From positions 47,309 to 111,308 of the forward strand of contig CAYPQV010000008.1 in assembly GCA_964412955.1 (NCBI GenBank): 64,000 nucleotides of DNA. The letters run 5' to 3'. The first letter of the stretch is position 1. Each line of letters begins with the position of its first letter. This document shows positions 37,002 through 48,362 of the stretch, one piece after another. The position numbers were made by a program, and so were the translations under genes. The notes beneath the pieces are model-generated. The model was not told where the DNA came from. It saw only the letters and a program-made list of their open reading frames with translations, and searched no databases. The stretch is from an uncultured Hyphomicrobiales bacterium (GTDB taxonomy: Bacteria; Pseudomonadota; Alphaproteobacteria; Rhodospirillales; 2-12-FULL-67-15).

Positions 37002-37955
37002 ATGCGGATCTTCAGGCACCTGGGCGACCTGCCCGTCTCCTTGCGCGGCGCGGCCGTCGCCATCGGCAATTTCGACGGCATTCACCTCGGCCACCGGGCG
37101 GTGATCGCCGAAGCCGGCCAGCTCGCCCACGCCCACGGCGTGCCCTGGGCGGTGCTGACCTTCGAGCCGCATCCGCGCAACCTGTTCCGTCCCGGCGATC
37201 CGCCGTTCCGGCTGACGCGGCTCCGGGCCAAGGCGCGCTTCGTCGCCGAATTGGGCGTCGATTTCATGGCCGCGCTCCGCTTCGACCGCGCGTTTTCGTC
37301 GCTCTCGGCCGACGAATTCATTCGCCGGGTGCTGGTCGAAGGGTTTCGGGCGAGCCATGTCGTCGCCGGTTACGACTTCGTCTTCGGCAAGGGCCGGACC
37401 GGCAATTGCGAGCTGCTGCTCCGGGCCGGGCGCACGCTCGGATTCGACTTCACCGCCGTTCACGCCGTGCGCGACAAGGCGGGCGAGGTCCTGTCGTCGA
37501 GCCGCGCGCGCGACGCGCTGCGCCGGGGCGATGTGGCCCAGGCTGCCGCCATCCTCGGCCGCGCGCCGGAAATCGAGGGACGGGTGATGCGCGGCGACGC
37601 GCGCGGCCGCACCATCGGGTTTCCGACCGCGAACATCGCGCTCGGCGATCACCTGCGTCCCGCCGGCGGCGTCTACGCGGTGCGCGTCGCCATCGACGGC
37701 GACAACGGCCAGGACGGCAAGCCCGTCTGGCGCGCGGGCGTCGCCAACATCGGCCGGCGGCCGACCTTCGGCGGCGAAATCGAGATGCTGGAAGTCTTTC
37801 TGTTCGACTTCGCGGGCGATCTCTATGGCAGGCGCCTGAGAGTGCAACTGGTCGAACATCTCCGCCGCGAACGCGCTTTCGACGGGATCGACTCCTTGCG
37901 CGCGCAGATCGCCGAGGACAGCCTGCGGGCGCGCCGCATCCTGGCCGCGTCATGA
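37002..37955 (+). CDS. ribF: Bifunctional riboflavin kinase / FMN adenylyltransferase
   Basis: 317 aa. GNFDG.H.GH near the N-terminus and C-terminal riboflavin kinase ...G.R.IGFPTAN... / E..L.DF.GDLYG. Confidence 0.93.
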   Translation: MRIFRHLGDLPVSLRGAAVAIGNFDGIHLGHRAVIAEAGQLAHAHGVPWAVLTFEPHPRNLFRPGDPPFRLTRLRAKARFVAELGVDFMAALRFDRAFSSLSADEFIRRVLVEGFRASHVVAGYDFVFGKGRTGNCELLLRAGRTLGFDFTAVHAVRDKAGEVLSSSRARDALRRGDVAQAAAILGRAPEIEGRVMRGDARGRTIGFPTANIALGDHLRPAGGVYAVRVAIDGDNGQDGKPVWRAGVANIGRRPTFGGEIEMLEVFLFDFAGDLYGRRLRVQLVEHLRRERAFDGIDSLRAQIAEDSLRARRILAAS

Positions 37956-40864
37956 ACAAGCCCGATTACAAGGCGACCGTCTTCCTGCCCGACACGCCGT
38001 TTCCGATGAAGGCGGGGCTGGCCAAGCGCGAACCGGAAATCCTCAAGCGCTGGGAAGAGATCGGCCTCTACACGAAGCTGCGCGAACAGGCCAAGGGCCG
38101 GAAGAAATTTGTCCTCCACGACGGTCCGCCCTACGCCAACGGCCACCTCCACATCGGCCACGCGCTCAACAAGATACTCAAGGATATCATCACCCGTTCG
38201 CGCCAGATGCTCGGCTTCGACGCCGACTACGTGCCGGGCTGGGACTGCCACGGGCTGCCGATCGAATGGAAGATCGAGGAAAAATACCGCGCCGCCGGCA
38301 AGGACAAGGATCAGGTGCCGATCCTCGCCTTCCGCCGCGAATGCCGCGAGTTCGCCGACCATTGGATCGGCGTGCAGCGCGAGGAATTCCGGCGGCTCGG
38401 CGTGGTCGGCAACTGGGACCGTCCCTATTCCACCATGACCTTCGCCGCCGAAAACCGGATCGCGCGCGAGGTGATGAAGTTCGCCATGAACGGGCTGCTC
38501 TATCGCGGCTCCAAGCCGGTGATGTGGTCGGTGGTGGAAAAGACCGCGCTCGCCGAAGCCGAGGTCGAGTATCACGACTTCGAGTCGGATCAGGTGTGGG
38601 TGAAGTTTGGAATCGAGCGGACGAGCATGGCCCGAACCGGCCTTGAATTGGGCGAACTTCAAAAGGCCTACGTTGTCATCTGGACGACGACTCCATGGAC
38701 GCTGCCCGGCAACCGCGCCATCGCTTATTCGCCTAAGATCAAATACGGCCTTTATGAAGTTACCGACGCACCTGCCGAAAATTGGACCGAAGTCGGCGAG
38801 ACTCTCATCCTCGCCGACACGCTCGCCAAAGCGGTGTTCGAAAAAGCGCGCGTCACGGCTTACAAGCGCCTTCGTGACGTCAATCCGGCAGACATCGTGG
38901 CGTGCCGGCATCCGCTCAGGTCTCTCGGTTACGAGTTCGCCGTACCGATGCTTCCGGGCGAATATGTCACCGAGGACACCGGCACCGGGTTCGTCCACAC
39001 CGCCCCCGGCCACGGCGCCGACGACTTCGAGGTTTGGACCGCGAACGCGCGCGCGCTCACCGCGCGCGGCATCGACACCACCATCCCCTCCACGGTCGAC
39101 GGCGACGGATTCTTCACCGACGAAGCGCCCGGCTTCACCGGCAAGCGCGTGATCACCGCCCACGGCAAGAAGGGCGACGCCAACGAGGCGGTCATCCAGG
39201 CGCTGATCCAGGCCAACGCCCTGGTCGCGCGCGGCCGACTGACCCACCAATATCCGCATTCCTGGCGCTCGAAAAAGCCGATCATCTTCCGCGCGACGCC
39301 GCAATGGTTCATCGCCATGGATCGGGCGATTTCGGGGAAACCGGACGACACGCTGCGCGACCGCGCGCTTCGGGCCATCGACGCGACCCGGTTCGTGCCG
39401 GCGACCGGCCAGAATCGCCTGCGCGGCATGATCGAGACCCGCCCCGACTGGGTGATTTCGCGCCAGCGCGCCTGGGGCGTGCCGATCGCGGTGTTCGTGC
39501 GCCGCGCGAACGGCGGCGCGGCCGAGGTCCTGAAGGACGAGCGCGTGAACGCCCGCATCCTGGCCGCCTTCGAACGGGAGGGCGCGGACGCCTGGTTCGC
39601 CGCCGATCCCCGGCGTTTTCTCGCCCCCGACCACGACCCGGCCGAGTACGAGGCCGTCACCGACATCCTCGACGTCTGGTTCGAGTCGGGCTCGACCCAC
39701 GGTTTCGTCCTCGAAGGCGGGGACTGGAACCTCGCCTGGCCGGCGTCGCTCTATCTCGAGGGCTCCGACCAGCATCGCGGCTGGTTCCATTCCTCGCTGC
39801 TCGAAAGCTGCGGCACGCGCGGGCGCGCGCCGTTCGAATCGGTGCTGACCCACGGATTCGTGCTGGCCGAGGACGGCCAGAAAATGTCGAAGTCGCTCGG
39901 CAACATCGTCTCGCCGCAGGACGTGGTCGGGCGCGACGGCGCGGACATTCTGCGCCTATGGGTGGTCGGCTCCGACTACGAGGACGATCTCCGCATCGGC
40001 CCCGAAATCCTGAAGCAGCAGACGGATGTCTACCGCCGCCTGCGCAACACGCTCCGCTACCTGCTCGGCGGCCTGAAGGGCTTTTCGGCCGGCGAGCGCG
40101 TCGCGGCGAACAACATGCCGGAACTCGAGCGCTGGGTGCTGCACCGGCTCGCCGAGCTCGACCGCTCCTTGCGCGCCGCGTGCGACAATTTCGTGTTCCA
40201 CCGTTTCTTCGCCGATCTGCACTCGTTCTGCGCCGGCGACCTGTCGGCGTTCTACTTCGACGTCCGCAAGGACGCGCTCTATTGCGATCCCGCGACCTCG
40301 CCGGCCCGCCGCGCGGCGCGCACGGTGCTCGACATCCTGTTCGAAACGCTGACCGCCTGGCTCGCGCCGTTCACCTGCTTCACCGCCGAGGAAGCCTGGC
40401 TCACCCGCCATCCCGACGGAATCAGCGTGCACCTGAGGCCGTTTCCCGAAATTCCGGCATCGTGGCGCGACGACGCGCTCGCGGCGAAATGGGACAAGGT
40501 GCGCGCGCTCCGGCGCGTGGTCACCGGCGCGCTCGAAAAAGAGCGCGCGGAAAAGCGGATCGGTTCCAGCCTGCAGGCGGCGCCGACCGTCCATGCCGGC
40601 GCCGATTACGTCAAGGCGCTCGCCGGGCTGAATCTCGCCGAAATCGCCATCACGTCGGACGCCCGCCTGGTGGAGGGCTCGCCGCCCGCGGGCGCGTTCA
40701 CGCTGCCCGACGTGCCGGGGGTCGGCGTCGTGCCCGCGCCCGCCGCGGGCGAAAAATGCGAGCGTTGCTGGAAAGTGCTGCCCGAGGTGGGCGGGGACGC
40801 GCGCTTTCCCGGAACCTGCCGGCGCTGCGCCGACGCGGTCGCCGGTCCCCTCGCCGCCCAATGA
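37952..40864 (+). CDS. ileS: Isoleucine--tRNA ligase
   Basis: ATG overlaps the ribF stop (ATGA). 970 aa. HIGH motif (P.ANG.LHIGH), KMSKS, and a C-terminal Zn-finger CxxC..CxxC. Confidence 0.97.
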   Translation: MNKPDYKATVFLPDTPFPMKAGLAKREPEILKRWEEIGLYTKLREQAKGRKKFVLHDGPPYANGHLHIGHALNKILKDIITRSRQMLGFDADYVPGWDCHGLPIEWKIEEKYRAAGKDKDQVPILAFRRECREFADHWIGVQREEFRRLGVVGNWDRPYSTMTFAAENRIAREVMKFAMNGLLYRGSKPVMWSVVEKTALAEAEVEYHDFESDQVWVKFGIERTSMARTGLELGELQKAYVVIWTTTPWTLPGNRAIAYSPKIKYGLYEVTDAPAENWTEVGETLILADTLAKAVFEKARVTAYKRLRDVNPADIVACRHPLRSLGYEFAVPMLPGEYVTEDTGTGFVHTAPGHGADDFEVWTANARALTARGIDTTIPSTVDGDGFFTDEAPGFTGKRVITAHGKKGDANEAVIQALIQANALVARGRLTHQYPHSWRSKKPIIFRATPQWFIAMDRAISGKPDDTLRDRALRAIDATRFVPATGQNRLRGMIETRPDWVISRQRAWGVPIAVFVRRANGGAAEVLKDERVNARILAAFEREGADAWFAADPRRFLAPDHDPAEYEAVTDILDVWFESGSTHGFVLEGGDWNLAWPASLYLEGSDQHRGWFHSSLLESCGTRGRAPFESVLTHGFVLAEDGQKMSKSLGNIVSPQDVVGRDGADILRLWVVGSDYEDDLRIGPEILKQQTDVYRRLRNTLRYLLGGLKGFSAGERVAANNMPELERWVLHRLAELDRSLRAACDNFVFHRFFADLHSFCAGDLSAFYFDVRKDALYCDPATSPARRAARTVLDILFETLTAWLAPFTCFTAEEAWLTRHPDGISVHLRPFPEIPASWRDDALAAKWDKVRALRRVVTGALEKERAEKRIGSSLQAAPTVHAGADYVKALAGLNLAEIAITSDARLVEGSPPAGAFTLPDVPGVGVVPAPAAGEKCERCWKVLPEVGGDARFPGTCRRCADAVAGPLAAQ

Positions 40865-41385
40865 TCGACCCGCGCCGCCTCGCAACCGGAATCGGCGTCG
40901 CCGCCGCCGTCGTCGTCGCCGACCAGATTTCCAAGTGGTGGATCGTCGAGCGCGTCATGAATCCCCCGCGCGTCATTCCGGTCGCGCCTTTTTTCAATCT
41001 GGTGATGGGCTGGAACCGGGGCGTGAGCTTCGGCATGTTCAGCCTGGATTCGGCGATGGGGGCGTGGGTGCTGTCGGCGCTGGCGCTGGTCATCGTCGCC
41101 GTTCTGTTCGCGTGGATGGTCCGGGAGAGCCGGGCGTTCGTGGTCGCCGCGCTCGGGCTGGTGATCGGCGGCGCTCTCGGCAACGTGATCGATCGCGCGC
41201 GATTCGGCGCGGTCGCCGATTTCCTCGACTTCCATGCCTTCGGCTTCCATTGGCCGGCGTTCAACGCCGCGGATACGGCGATTTCACTGGGCGCCTTGGC
41301 GTTGCTCGCGGACGCCTTGTTCGGCCGCCCCGAATTGCCTAAAAATAGGGAATCGGGCGATTCCGGCGGAGCGCCGGGGGCCTAA
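40861..41385 (+). CDS. lspA: Lipoprotein signal peptidase II
   Basis: ATG overlaps the ileS stop. 174 aa. DQ.SK, N.G.SFG and ...GGA.GN..DR...G.V.DF motifs. Confidence 0.92.
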   Translation: MIDPRRLATGIGVAAAVVVADQISKWWIVERVMNPPRVIPVAPFFNLVMGWNRGVSFGMFSLDSAMGAWVLSALALVIVAVLFAWMVRESRAFVVAALGLVIGGALGNVIDRARFGAVADFLDFHAFGFHWPAFNAADTAISLGALALLADALFGRPELPKNRESGDSGGAPGA

Positions 41386-41390
41386 GTGTC

Positions 41391-41948
41391 ATGACCGCAA
41401 AACGAATTGTCATCGCGACGGGGTGGATTGCGCTCGCGCTTACGCTCGGGGCATGCGAGGACACGCGCAAGATGCTCGGGTTCGACAAGCGTCCGCCCGA
41501 CGAATTCTCGGTTTATTCCCGCGCGCCCTTGTCTTTGCCGCCCAATTACAACTTGCGCCCGCCCGCCCCGGGCGAGGCCCGCCCCCAGGAAACGGCGCCT
41601 TCGACCGAAGCCGAACAGGCCTTGCGCGGCCGACGGCCGGGCGCGGTCGAGGAACAGCCGGCGCCGGAAGGATCGAGCGCGGGCGTGCGCGCGCTCCTGC
41701 GCCAAACCGGCGGGCTGACCGCGCAGCCCAACATCCGCGTCGTCGTCAACGAGGAAGCCGCCGCGCTGGTCCAGGAAAACGAGCGCGTCACCGACAAGAT
41801 CCTGTTCTGGCGCACGCCGGAGCCCCCGGGCACCGTCGTCAACGCGGAAAAGGAAAACCAGCGCATTCGGGAAAACCAGGCGCTCGGCAAACCCGTGACC
41901 GAGGGCGAAACGCCCATCATCCAGCGCAAAAAGCGCGGACTGTTCTAG
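41391..41948 (+). CDS. DUF3035 lipoprotein
   Basis: Lipobox LTLGAC, then ...LGF.KR.PDEF.V..RAPL.LPP.Y.LRPP.PG..RPQE, the typical DUF3035 pattern. Confidence 0.75.
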   Translation: MTAKRIVIATGWIALALTLGACEDTRKMLGFDKRPPDEFSVYSRAPLSLPPNYNLRPPAPGEARPQETAPSTEAEQALRGRRPGAVEEQPAPEGSSAGVRALLRQTGGLTAQPNIRVVVNEEAAALVQENERVTDKILFWRTPEPPGTVVNAEKENQRIRENQALGKPVTEGETPIIQRKKRGLF

Positions 41949-42052
41949 GCTTTATCTCATATCCGGTTTGTGAATTCCCCGCGCCTTGCTCCGGGGCGCG
42001 AACGCCTTATTTTAGTTGGACGCGGCCCTTGGCCCCGAGGAAACCTGTATCC

Positions 42053-43405
42053 ATGTCGCATGACGTTCGCGCCCGGCTCGCCGTCGCTCTCATCGCCGCA
42101 TTCGGCTTCGTGTTTCAACCCCATGGCGCCGCCGCCAAGGTGTTCGGCGCGGAAAGCTTCACGCTCGCCAACGGGCTCACGGTCGTCGTGGTGCCCAACC
42201 CGCGCGCGCCGGTGGTCAAGCACATGGTCTGGTACCGGGTCGGCGGCGCCGACGAGGGCGAGGGCGAATCCGGCATCGCCCATTTTCTCGAACACCTGAT
42301 GTTCAAGGGCACCAAGCAGCGCCCGGCCGGCGAATTTTCGCGCCTGGTGGCGAAGAACGGCGGGCGCGAGAACGCTTTCACGTCCTACGACTACACCGCC
42401 TATTACCAAACCATCGCCAAGGACCGGCTCGACATGGTGATGGCGCTGGAGGCCGAGCGCATGACCGGTCTCGCCATCACCCCCGACGGGGTCGACCGCG
42501 AGCGCCTGGTGGTGCTGGAGGAGCGCCGCACCCGCACCGACAACAATCCGTCGAGCCGTCTGCGCGAGCAGATGGCGGCCGTGCAGTTCTACAACTACCC
42601 GTACCGGCGGCCGGTCATCGGCTGGGAGCACGAAATTCGCGCGCTCGACCGCGAACGCATTCTCGCCTTCTACCGGCGCTGGTACGCCCCCAACAACGCG
42701 GTCCTGGTGGTGGCCGGGGACATCACGGCGGCCGAGCTGAAACCGCTCGCCGAAAAATATTACGGCGTCATTCCCGCCGCCGCGCCCGTCGTCCGCTCCC
42801 GCCCCGACGAGCCGCCGCAGACCGCCGCGCGCGAGGTGGTGCTGCGCGATCCGCGCGTGCCGCAGCCGTCGTGGTCGCGCAGCTGGCTCGCGCCGTCGCT
42901 GCTGTGGGGCGCCAAGGAACACGCCTACGCCCTCGAAGTCCTTGCCGAAATCCTCGGCGGCGGCGGCACCTCGCGGCTCTACCAAACGCTGGTACTGGAC
43001 GCCGGAATCGCCGACGGCGCGGGCGCCTTCTACGATTCCTCGACGCGCGGGCCGAGCCGGTTCGGCTTCTTCGCCTCGCCCCGGCGCGAGGTCGCGCCGG
43101 AAAAAGTCGAACAGGCGGTCGAAGCCGAAATCGCCAAAATTCTCGCCGACGGCGTCGATCCCGGCGAAGTCGCGCGCGCCAAGACGCGCATGAAGGCGGC
43201 CGCCGTGCTGGCCCGCGATTCGCTCGATACCGGCGCGCAGGCGCTCGGCTCCGCGCTTGCCCTCGGCCTCACGGTCGAGGACGTGGAAACCTGGCCCGAG
43301 CGCATCGACGCCGTCACCCTCGAACAGGTGAACGCGGCGGCCCGATTCGTCCTCGCCGGCTCCGGCCACGTCACCGGCCGCCTGCTGCCCGCGGCGAAGG
43401 AATAG
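42053..43405 (+). CDS. M16-family zinc peptidase (catalytically competent subunit)
   Basis: ATG at 42053, signal-like N-terminus. HFLEHLMFKG (HxxEH) plus downstream ENAFT Glu. Confidence 0.85.
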   Translation: MSHDVRARLAVALIAAFGFVFQPHGAAAKVFGAESFTLANGLTVVVVPNPRAPVVKHMVWYRVGGADEGEGESGIAHFLEHLMFKGTKQRPAGEFSRLVAKNGGRENAFTSYDYTAYYQTIAKDRLDMVMALEAERMTGLAITPDGVDRERLVVLEERRTRTDNNPSSRLREQMAAVQFYNYPYRRPVIGWEHEIRALDRERILAFYRRWYAPNNAVLVVAGDITAAELKPLAEKYYGVIPAAAPVVRSRPDEPPQTAAREVVLRDPRVPQPSWSRSWLAPSLLWGAKEHAYALEVLAEILGGGGTSRLYQTLVLDAGIADGAGAFYDSSTRGPSRFGFFASPRREVAPEKVEQAVEAEIAKILADGVDPGEVARAKTRMKAAAVLARDSLDTGAQALGSALALGLTVEDVETWPERIDAVTLEQVNAAARFVLAGSGHVTGRLLPAAKE

Positions 43406-43408
43406 ACC

Positions 43409-44740
43409 ATGCGCAATCCTCGGACCTGGGTACGCGCGTTTCTTTTCGCGGCCGTGGTTTTCGCGGCCGCCCCGGCGGCGCGCGCGGTCGAGGTCCAACA
43501 GGTCAGAAGCCCCGGGGGCATCTCCGCTTGGCTGGTGGAGGACAAGCTCAATCCGATCGTCGCGATTCACTTCGCTTTTCGCGGCGGCGCAGCGCTCGAT
43601 CCCGCCGGCCGGGAGGGACTCGCGCGCATGACCGCCGCGCTGCTCGACGAAGGCGCGGGCGACATGGACGCCAAGGCGTTCCGCGCCGCGCTCGAGGATC
43701 GCTCGATCACCCTGTCGTTCGATTCATCGTTCGACGAATTCAGCGGCTCGCTGCAGACCCTGAACGAACATAGGGACAAGGCCGCCGAATTGCTTTCGCT
43801 CGCGCTCGCCCGGCCGCGCTTCGACGAGGCCGCGCTCGCGCGCGTGCGCAGCCAAATCCTCGCCCGCCTGCGCCGCGACGCCGAAAACCCGAGCACGGTC
43901 GCCCAAATCCGCCTTTTTTCGGAAGCATTCCCCGATCACGCTTACGGCCGGCGCACGCGCGGAACCCTCGAAAGCGTCGCGCGCATCGCCGCCGAAGACT
44001 TGCGCGCGTTCGTCCGACAGCGGCTCGCGCGCGATTCGCTCGTGGTCGGCGCGGCGGGCGACATTTCGGCGGCCGACCTCGGCCGCATGCTGGATCGCAT
44101 GTTCGGCGCCCTGCCGGAAAAGTCCGCGTCCGCCGCGGTGCCCGACGTTCAACCGAGGATCGATTCGCGCACCCTCGTGACCCGGCTCAAGGTGCCGCAG
44201 AGCGCCATCTTCTTCGCCGCGCCGGGGCTGAAGCGCGACGATCCCGACTACTACGCGGCCAGCGTGCTCAACTACATCCTCGGCGGCGGCGGATTTACCT
44301 CGCGGTTGTACGAAGAAGTGCGCGAAAAGCGCGGCCTCGCCTATTCCGCCGGCACCTCGCTTCATCCGCTCCGCCATTCCGCCTTGATGCTGGGCAGCGC
44401 CGCCACCGCCAACGCCAGGGTCAAGGAGACCGTCGCCGTGGTCCGCGCCGAATGGCGGCGCATGGCCGAAGGAGGCGCGACCGCCGACGAGATCGCCGAC
44501 GCCAAGACCTTCCTCACCGGTTCGTTTCCGCTGCGGCTCACCACCACCGGCGGAATTGCCGGAATGCTGCTCGGCATACAGATCGAGAATCTGGGACCGG
44601 ACTACATCGACCGCTACAAAAGCCTGATCGAGGCGGTCGACGCCGAATCGGTCGCCCGAGTCGGCCGCCGCCTGCTCGACCCCGCCCGCCTGTTGATGGT
44701 GGTCGCGGGCGAGCCGGAAGGGCTCGCGGCAGCCGACTAG
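43409..44740 (+). CDS. M16-family peptidase-like protein (no HxxEH; probable non-catalytic partner)
   Basis: 443 aa with a signal peptide and M16 fold. The inverted zinc motif is replaced by ...ARMTAALLDEG.... Confidence 0.8.
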   Translation: MRNPRTWVRAFLFAAVVFAAAPAARAVEVQQVRSPGGISAWLVEDKLNPIVAIHFAFRGGAALDPAGREGLARMTAALLDEGAGDMDAKAFRAALEDRSITLSFDSSFDEFSGSLQTLNEHRDKAAELLSLALARPRFDEAALARVRSQILARLRRDAENPSTVAQIRLFSEAFPDHAYGRRTRGTLESVARIAAEDLRAFVRQRLARDSLVVGAAGDISAADLGRMLDRMFGALPEKSASAAVPDVQPRIDSRTLVTRLKVPQSAIFFAAPGLKRDDPDYYAASVLNYILGGGGFTSRLYEEVREKRGLAYSAGTSLHPLRHSALMLGSAATANARVKETVAVVRAEWRRMAEGGATADEIADAKTFLTGSFPLRLTTTGGIAGMLLGIQIENLGPDYIDRYKSLIEAVDAESVARVGRRLLDPARLLMVVAGEPEGLAAAD

Positions 44741-44772
44741 CAGAGGCGCGCCCGCGCCGTTATCCTGCGCTT

Positions 44773-46443
44773 ATGCCTTCCCGAACCGCTTCCCGCCGGC
44801 GCGACGCCGCCTGGCGCACGCTTGAGCGCCACCGCGCGCGCCTCGCCCGCGCTTCCTTGCGCGACCTGTTCGCCGCCGACCCCGGACGCTTCGCGCGGTT
44901 TTCCCTCGGCTACGAGGGCCTCTTTCTCGACTATTCCAAGAACCGGATCGACGGGAAAGCCCTGGCCGCGCTGCTGCGACTGGTGCGCGCGGCCGACGTC
45001 GCCGGATGGCGACGGCGGATGTTCGCGGGCGAGCGGGTCAACGCCACCGAAGGCCGCGCCGTGCTCCATGCGGCGTTGCGCGATCCCGCCGCGCGCACCC
45101 GGGAAGCGGCGGCGGCGCGCGCGACGCTTGCCCGCGTGCGTGCGTTCGCCGCCAAGGCCCGGCGCGGCGGCCGCTGCACGCACGTGGTGCACATCGGCAT
45201 CGGCGGCTCGCTGCTCGGGCCCAAGCTTGCCTGCCGGGCGCTGGCCTCGGAGAAAGACATCATCGAGGCACGGTTTCTTTCCAACGTCGACGGCGCGGAC
45301 TTCGCCCGCGCGACTCACGGGCTCGATCCGGCGAAGACCTTGTTCGTCGTCGTTTCCAAGACCTTCGCCACCGAGGAAACGCTCGCCAACGCGCGCGCGG
45401 CGCGCGCGTGGATCGCGGACCGTCTCGGGCAGGCCGCCGTCGGCCGCCACTTCGCCGCCGTCACCGCCGCCCCCGACCGGGCCGCGGCGTTCGGAATTCC
45501 GAGAAACGCGGTGTTCGAATTCTGGGATTGGGTCGGCGGGCGCTTTTCGCTCTGGTCGGCGGTCGGGCTCACGTGCGCCCTGGCCCTCGGGCCCGACCGG
45601 TTCGCGCGAATGCTCGCGGGCGCCCACGCCCTCGACCGGCATTTCCGCAAGGCGCCGCTCGCCCGCAACCTTCCCGTCCTGCTCGCGCTGCTCGACGTCT
45701 GGAACGCGAACGTCCTCGGCCATCGGACGCGCGCCGTCATCCCGTACGACAGCCGCCTCGCGCTTTTGCCCGATTATCTCCAGCAGCTGGAAATGGAGAG
45801 CAACGGCAAGTCGGTGACGCGCGAAGGCCGACCCGTCGGGCGCGCGACCGCGCCGGTGGTGGTCGGCGCCCCCGGCACCGACGCCCAGCACACGTTCTTC
45901 CAGATGCTCCACCAGGGCCCCGACCCGGTGCCGGTGGAATTCGTCGCCGCCGCGGAAGGCGGCCCCGGGCCCAAGGGGCAGCGCGCGATCCTGTTCGCCC
46001 ACATGCTGGCGCAAGGCGAAGCGTTGATGCGCGGACGCGACGCAACCGAAGCCCGCGCCGCCATGCGGGCGGAGGGACTGTCCGCCGCCGACATCCGCCG
46101 CCTGCTGCCGCACCGCGTTTTCCCCGGCAACCGGCCGAGCACGACGATCCTGCTCCGCCGCCTCAATCCCTACCACCTCGGCCTGCTGCTGGCCCTTTAC
46201 GAACACAAGACCTTCGTCGCGGGCGTGCTGTGGGACGTGAATTCCTTCGACCAATGGGGGGTCGAGCTGGGCAAGAAGCTCGCCTCCGGCACCGCCCGCC
46301 TGCTCAAGGACGGCAAAATCGGCGCGCACGATTCCTCCACCGCCGGGCTTGCCCGCAAGATCAGGGCATGGGCAAGGAGTCGTCGTGCGCGTCACGCCGG
46401 TAGGCGTGCATTCGCACGACGCGCGCGCAAGGCCGCGTCATGA
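44773..46443 (+). CDS. pgi: Glucose-6-phosphate isomerase
   Basis: ATG at 44773. ...IGIGGS.LGP..., ...GGRFS.WS.VGL, ...E..ESNGK..., ...HDSST.GL... motifs. The stop overlaps the mutL start (ATGA). Confidence 0.9.
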   Translation: MPSRTASRRRDAAWRTLERHRARLARASLRDLFAADPGRFARFSLGYEGLFLDYSKNRIDGKALAALLRLVRAADVAGWRRRMFAGERVNATEGRAVLHAALRDPAARTREAAAARATLARVRAFAAKARRGGRCTHVVHIGIGGSLLGPKLACRALASEKDIIEARFLSNVDGADFARATHGLDPAKTLFVVVSKTFATEETLANARAARAWIADRLGQAAVGRHFAAVTAAPDRAAAFGIPRNAVFEFWDWVGGRFSLWSAVGLTCALALGPDRFARMLAGAHALDRHFRKAPLARNLPVLLALLDVWNANVLGHRTRAVIPYDSRLALLPDYLQQLEMESNGKSVTREGRPVGRATAPVVVGAPGTDAQHTFFQMLHQGPDPVPVEFVAAAEGGPGPKGQRAILFAHMLAQGEALMRGRDATEARAAMRAEGLSAADIRRLLPHRVFPGNRPSTTILLRRLNPYHLGLLLALYEHKTFVAGVLWDVNSFDQWGVELGKKLASGTARLLKDGKIGAHDSSTAGLARKIRAWARSRRARHAGRRAFARRARKAAS

Positions 46444-48227
46444 GCGCGATCCGAGTCCTGCCCGAAACTCTTGTCAACCGCATCGCCGCCGGCGAGGTGG
46501 TGGAACGGCCGGCGTCGGCGGTCAAGGAACTGGTCGAAAACGCGCTCGACGCCGGCGCGCGGCGGATCGGGATCGTCGTGCGCGACGGCGGCCAGGCGGA
46601 AATCGCCGTCACCGACGACGGCCGCGGCATGACGGCGGATGAACTCGCCCTTGCGGTCGAGCGCCACGCCACCTCCAAGCTGCCCGACGAAGACCTGACC
46701 CGCATCACGACCCTCGGCTTTCGCGGCGAGGCGCTGCCCTCCATCGGCGCGGTCGCCAGGCTCACCATCGCCAGCCGCGCGAAGGGCACGCAGGAAGCCT
46801 GGACGATCGCGGTCGAAGGCGGGCGCAAGGGCCAGGTCCGCCCCGCCGCCCTCGGCGACGGCACGCGGGTCGAGGTCAAGGATTTGTTCTTCGCCACGCC
46901 CGCGCGCTTGAAGTTCCTGAAAACCGCGCGCACCGAACTCGCGCACGCGGTGGAAACGGTCGAGCGCCTCGCGCTCGCCAATCCGCGCGTCGCCTTCACC
47001 GTGAGCGACGGCGAAAAGGACATCCTGCGCCTTGCCGCCGCGAGCGGGGACGAGAGCGAGGCCCGGCGCGCCCGCGTCGCCGCCGTGCTCGGGCGCGAAT
47101 TCGCCGACAACGCGGTGCCGATCGAGGCGGAGCGCGACGGCGTGCGTCTTTCCGGTTTCGCGGGGCTTCCCACTTTCAACCGGCCGACCGCGCAGATGCA
47201 GTTCCTGTTCGTCAACAACCGCCCGGTGCGCGACCGGCTGCTGCTCGGCGCCCTGCGCGGGGCCTACCGCGATCTGATGGCCGGGGACCGGCACCCGGCG
47301 GTCGCGCTGTTCCTCGACATCCCGCCCGAGGCGGTGGACGTCAACGTGCACCCGGCCAAGACCGAGGTCCGCTTCCGCGATCCCGGCCAGGTGCGCGGCC
47401 TGATCGTCGGCGCGATCCGCCATGCGCTTAGCCAGGCCGGGCACCGTTCCGCTACCACGGTCGCCGACGCGGCGCTCGCTGCGCTCAGGCCGCAGGGGAC
47501 TCCGCCGGGGAATTTCGCCTATCCTCTTCCTGGCGGCGCGATCCCGCGCGGGCTGGCCGAAGCCGCGCTCGGCTTTCACGCGCCGCTCGCGGCCCGAATC
47601 GCCGAAGCCCCGGCCGGGCCCGCCGCCGACATCCCCGACCCGGCGCGATACCCGCTCGGCGTCGCCCGCGCGCAAATGCACGAAACCTACATCGTCGCCG
47701 AAACCGCCGACGGTTTCGTCATCGTCGATCAGCACGCGGCGCACGAACGCCTGACCCAGGAAAAGCTGAAACGGGGATTGGCCAACGGCGGCGTCGCCCG
47801 CCAAGGACTCCTGATCCCCGAGGTGGTGGAACTCTCGCCCGCCGCCCAGGCGCGGATCGCGGCCCGCGCCGCCGAACTGGCCGAACTCGGCCTGGTGGTC
47901 GAGGCCTTCGGCGACGCGGCGGTGGTGGTGCGCGAAATTCCGGCGCTGCTCGGAGACGCGGACGTGAAGGGCCTGGTCCGCGACCTGGCCGAGGAACTGG
48001 CCGAATTCGACGCGGCGCACGCCTTGAAGGCGCGCCTCGACGAGGTGGCGGCGACGATCGCCTGCCACGGCAGCGTGCGCGCGGGCCGGAGGCTGAATGC
48101 CGCCGAGATGAACGCGCTCTTGCGCGAGATGGAACAGACGCCGCTTTCCGGCCAATGCGCCCACGGCCGGCCGACCTACATCGAATTGAAGCGCGCCGAC
48201 ATCGAACGCCTGTTCGGAAGGCGCTAG
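46440..48227 (+). CDS. mutL: DNA mismatch repair protein MutL
   Basis: 595 aa. IR.L......[24 protein letters not shown]-terminal GHKL ATPase. C-terminal ...C.HGRPT..... Confidence 0.95.
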   Translation: MSAIRVLPETLVNRIAAGEVVERPASAVKELVENALDAGARRIGIVVRDGGQAEIAVTDDGRGMTADELALAVERHATSKLPDEDLTRITTLGFRGEALPSIGAVARLTIASRAKGTQEAWTIAVEGGRKGQVRPAALGDGTRVEVKDLFFATPARLKFLKTARTELAHAVETVERLALANPRVAFTVSDGEKDILRLAAASGDESEARRARVAAVLGREFADNAVPIEAERDGVRLSGFAGLPTFNRPTAQMQFLFVNNRPVRDRLLLGALRGAYRDLMAGDRHPAVALFLDIPPEAVDVNVHPAKTEVRFRDPGQVRGLIVGAIRHALSQAGHRSATTVADAALAALRPQGTPPGNFAYPLPGGAIPRGLAEAALGFHAPLAARIAEAPAGPAADIPDPARYPLGVARAQMHETYIVAETADGFVIVDQHAAHERLTQEKLKRGLANGGVARQGLLIPEVVELSPAAQARIAARAAELAELGLVVEAFGDAAVVVREIPALLGDADVKGLVRDLAEELAEFDAAHALKARLDEVAATIACHGSVRAGRRLNAAEMNALLREMEQTPLSGQCAHGRPTYIELKRADIERLFGRR

Positions 48228-48264
48228 GGCGTGTCTCGACCGAACGAAATCGCGCTTAGATAGC

Positions 48265-48356
48265 CACACCCCCACCCCAACCCTCCCCCGTCGAGGGGGA
48301 GGGAAATTTTTTATGAGTTCCCCCTCCCCTCGCGGGAGGGGGTTAGGGGGAGGGGG
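48265..48356. repeat. Gene-less copy of the GC-rich hairpin repeat family seen around the DUF559 ORF
   Basis: CACACCCCCACCCCAA + hairpin CCCTCCCCC-gtcga-GGGGGAGGG (48281-48303). Then a 16-bp AT-rich spacer. Then hairpin CCCCCTCCC-ctcgc-GGGAGGGGG (48320-48342) + TTAGGGGGAGGGGG. Sits between convergent mutL and rsmD. Confidence 0.7.
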
Positions 48357-48362
48357 CTTGGA

